A stretch of 64,000 nucleotides of DNA from assembly GCA_963771465.1 (NCBI GenBank), contig CAVYTU010000015.1, forward strand, positions 576,001-640,000. The letters are read 5' to 3'. Under the pieces are notes generated by a model, which searched no databases, had not been told where the DNA came from, and worked only from the letters and a program-made list of their open reading frames with translations. The DNA comes from an uncultured delta proteobacterium. GTDB lineage: Bacteria > Desulfobacterota > Binatia > UBA9968. How positions within the stretch are numbered: the stretch's first letter is position 1; every line of letters starts with the position of its first letter. Below, piece after piece: positions 61,749 to 64,000 of this stretch. A program made the position numbers and the translations under genes.

Positions 61749-63555
61749 AGTTTCGCCAGCGTCCTGTTCGACAAATTCAACCGCAATTGCTTGACCCACA
61801 GTCCTTGTTCCTCGCATACAGTGCGGATCTGCTCGGCGTGCCCATTCGCCAAGATACCGGCGAAGAGATGATGCAGCCTGCCACTTTTTCGCGTTGTAGG
61901 ATTTCGGCCAGTTTGTCCGCACCGCCGAAAATTCGTAGCCCCGCGACGGAGCGACCTTGCTTCACGGATCGTCGTCCAGGAAGCCGACCGGCTGGTATTC
62001 CACCTGGTCGTTCTTGCGGCACTCGCGCAGCACCACTTCGCCGCCGTCGCCGGCGCCGTAGATGAGCACGGGAACCTTTTGTTTCCTCGAGCGATGGATG
62101 AGCGAAGCGAACAGGCGGAACGACAGACGGCTGCCGGCGACGCCAACGAACAACAGCTACACCGTAAACAACCATAACGATGCGCGAGTAGCCGTCGAAC
62201 CCGTAAACCGCTAGCAAGCCGGCCATAGAAAACAGCGTCGCGCACATTACCGCCTTGGCGATGCTAACTAAATCTTCGATACCGGTGTAACGCCACAGGC
62301 CCCGATAATTACCGAAAAGAAAAAATGCCGAATACGAGGCAATCAAGACGACCGGCAGCGAATCGACGAATAAATTGAGTTGAAACTGATTGAGGTGAAA
62401 TTCAAAACGCAGCGCAAAGGCAAGATAATAAGCGGTAGAAATCACCGCCATGTCGAGCAAGACCTGCACGAGCCGCCGCTTGTACGTGAGGGTTGACAGC
62501 AGCATGGTAAATTTCTTTTCGGTTGCGCGGCGACGCGCCTCGTCCGCCGACACCACCTCGACCTGGGCCAGATAGGCGGTGAAAAGTGTAAACACGATCA
62601 ACACCAGAGGCAAAATCGCTAAACTAAGGCCATGAGAATATCCTTCGATGAATATCGCGGTCGCCCCGGCGACTATTGCCATCAAATAGAGCAGTACGAC
62701 GGCATTGGGTTCGCTCAACCCGAGAGTAACCAGACGATGCGATGAATGGTCCTTGCCGCCCTGGGAAATCGGCTGGCCGCGCAGCAAGCGAGTGACCGTG
62801 ACCAGCGTGGTGTCGAGGATCGGCACCAGCAAGATGCAAGTGGGCACCGCGACCAAGGACAATATGTTAGAGGCTTCGCCGTTGGCGTGAACCGTTAGGA
62901 TACTTAGGGAAGCGCCCAAAAACAGACTGCCGGCATCACCCATGAACAGCGAAGCCGGGTAAAAATTATGAAACAGAAAGCCGCCCACCGCGCCGGCGAG
63001 CGCCAGAGCGATGACCGTATAGGTGACGTCGCCTTGTTGGTGAAAAAGCAACGCCAGATAGAGCGCTGCGATCAAGCCGATGCCGCCCGCCAGCCCGTCC
63101 ATGTTGTCGAGTAAATTAACCGCGTTGGTCAGGCCAACAATCCAGACCGCGCTTAGTAATGCATCAAGCGGAGCCCAGCCAAAAACGTACAGTCGGTAGT
63201 CAAAGTAGATGGCAACGGCCGCGCTGGCGATCTGGCCGATGAGTTTGGTTGCTGGATTGAGCCGGTGCAGGTCGTCGTAGATGCCGACCAGGAACATCAG
63301 AGTGACGACCAGCAAAAACGGCAGGGCCGATGTGAGACTCGGAGAGAAAAGCGCAGCCGTCGCGACAAAACCGGCGTAGAACGCCACCCCGCCGAGAGTC
63401 GGAGTCGGGCGCGAGTGCCAGCGATCTTTTTTCGGCAGCGCGACACAACCCCAATGCACCGCGAGACGCCTCACCGCCGGCACGCACCCGAGCGTCAACA
63501 GCAAGGAAGTCGCCGCTGCCAAAAATATCAGTGTGTTATCCCAAACTGAAAACAT
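61745..63555 (-). pseudogene. WecA/MraY-like undecaprenyl-phosphate HexNAc-1-P transferase fused to a CoA-binding-like domain, frameshifts in the C-terminal part
   Basis: HSRPTPTLGG, YDD, NLLDNMDG, FMGDAGS, DHSSHRL, then YRGLWRY and VLIYGAGDGG..VGFLDDDP. Confidence 0.82.
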
Positions 63556-63581
63556 CCGTCATCTCCGACCCGATGACTCGT

Positions 63582-63652
63582 CGTTCAAGCCGTTCAACCG
63601 CTGTGCTCCGTTCAACACGTTTGCACGCTGGAATGATTTGAACCTTTGGAAC
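63582..63652. repeat. intergenic CGTTCAA/TTGAAC repeat cluster
   Basis: Three CGTTCAA copies followed by TTGAAC/TGGAAC. Reverse complement of the 60368 element. Confidence 0.55.
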
Positions 63653-63668
63653 TCCGCCATCAACGTTG

Positions 63669-64000
63669 CTAAACCCTCGCCTCGAGCGTCGCCGGCGCCT
63701 TATTGGTGCGGCGGGGTTTTAGCGGCGCGCTGAAATAGTCGATCACACTTTGCACGACCTGCCGCGTATCATGGGTGATCCGAAAACCCACCAGATTTTT
63801 TAGTTTGCTGGTGTCCGGCACCCGCCTCTGCATATCTTCGAAGCCCGCTTCGTAGGCCTGGTCGTAGGGAATATATTGAATCGGCGACGCGCTGTGCGTC
63901 ATTAACTTGACCAGTCGGGCGAGCTTGCCGATGGAGATCTCCTCCTCGCTGCCGACGTTGAAGATCTCACCCACCGCCTGAGGATGCTCGATCAGTTTCG
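63669..64000 (-). CDS. NAD-dependent epimerase/dehydratase, C-terminal part (5' end outside window)
   Basis: GEIFNVGSEEEISI..LA, PYDQAYEAGFEDMQRRVPD.SKL. Confidence 0.88.
   Translation of the reverse strand, partial: KLIEHPQAVGEIFNVGSEEEISIGKLARLVKLMTHSASPIQYIPYDQAYEAGFEDMQRRVPDTSKLKNLVGFRITHDTRQVVQSVIDYFSAPLKPRRTNKAPATLEARV

Overview
GC-rich bacterial window with two blocks. The gene inventory and the short TTGAACG repeats resemble Candidatus Binatia/Binatota, which is inference only. Block 1 (~2.3-36.8 kb) is a dense catabolic/uptake island. It holds three Rieske oxygenase alpha subunits, two bicupins, two isochorismatase-fold proteins lacking the catalytic Cys, RidA, an SDR, three FbpB-type ABC permeases, six secreted solute-binding proteins and an orphan CbbQ/CbbO-type AAA+/VWA pair. 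Its most striking feature is seven highly similar paralogs of a 354-aa, signal-peptide-less, solute-binding-fold protein with an invariant N-terminal CWHxxH motif and co-varying hypervariable patches. These are candidate cytoplasmic enzymes. No ABC ATPase, Rieske reductase/ferredoxin or regulator is visible in the block, and a degenerate comM fragment lies at its left edge. Block 2 (~37.7-64 kb) has an ExeA-like ATPase-BON fusion, two beta-helix proteins and a Wzx/Wzy polysaccharide locus (GTs, AsnB, four methyltransferases, a nucleotide-sugar dehydrogenase, a WecA-like fusion). Block 2 carries many single-base frameshifts that may be sequencing errors. No rRNA, tRNA, CRISPR array or transposase was recognised.
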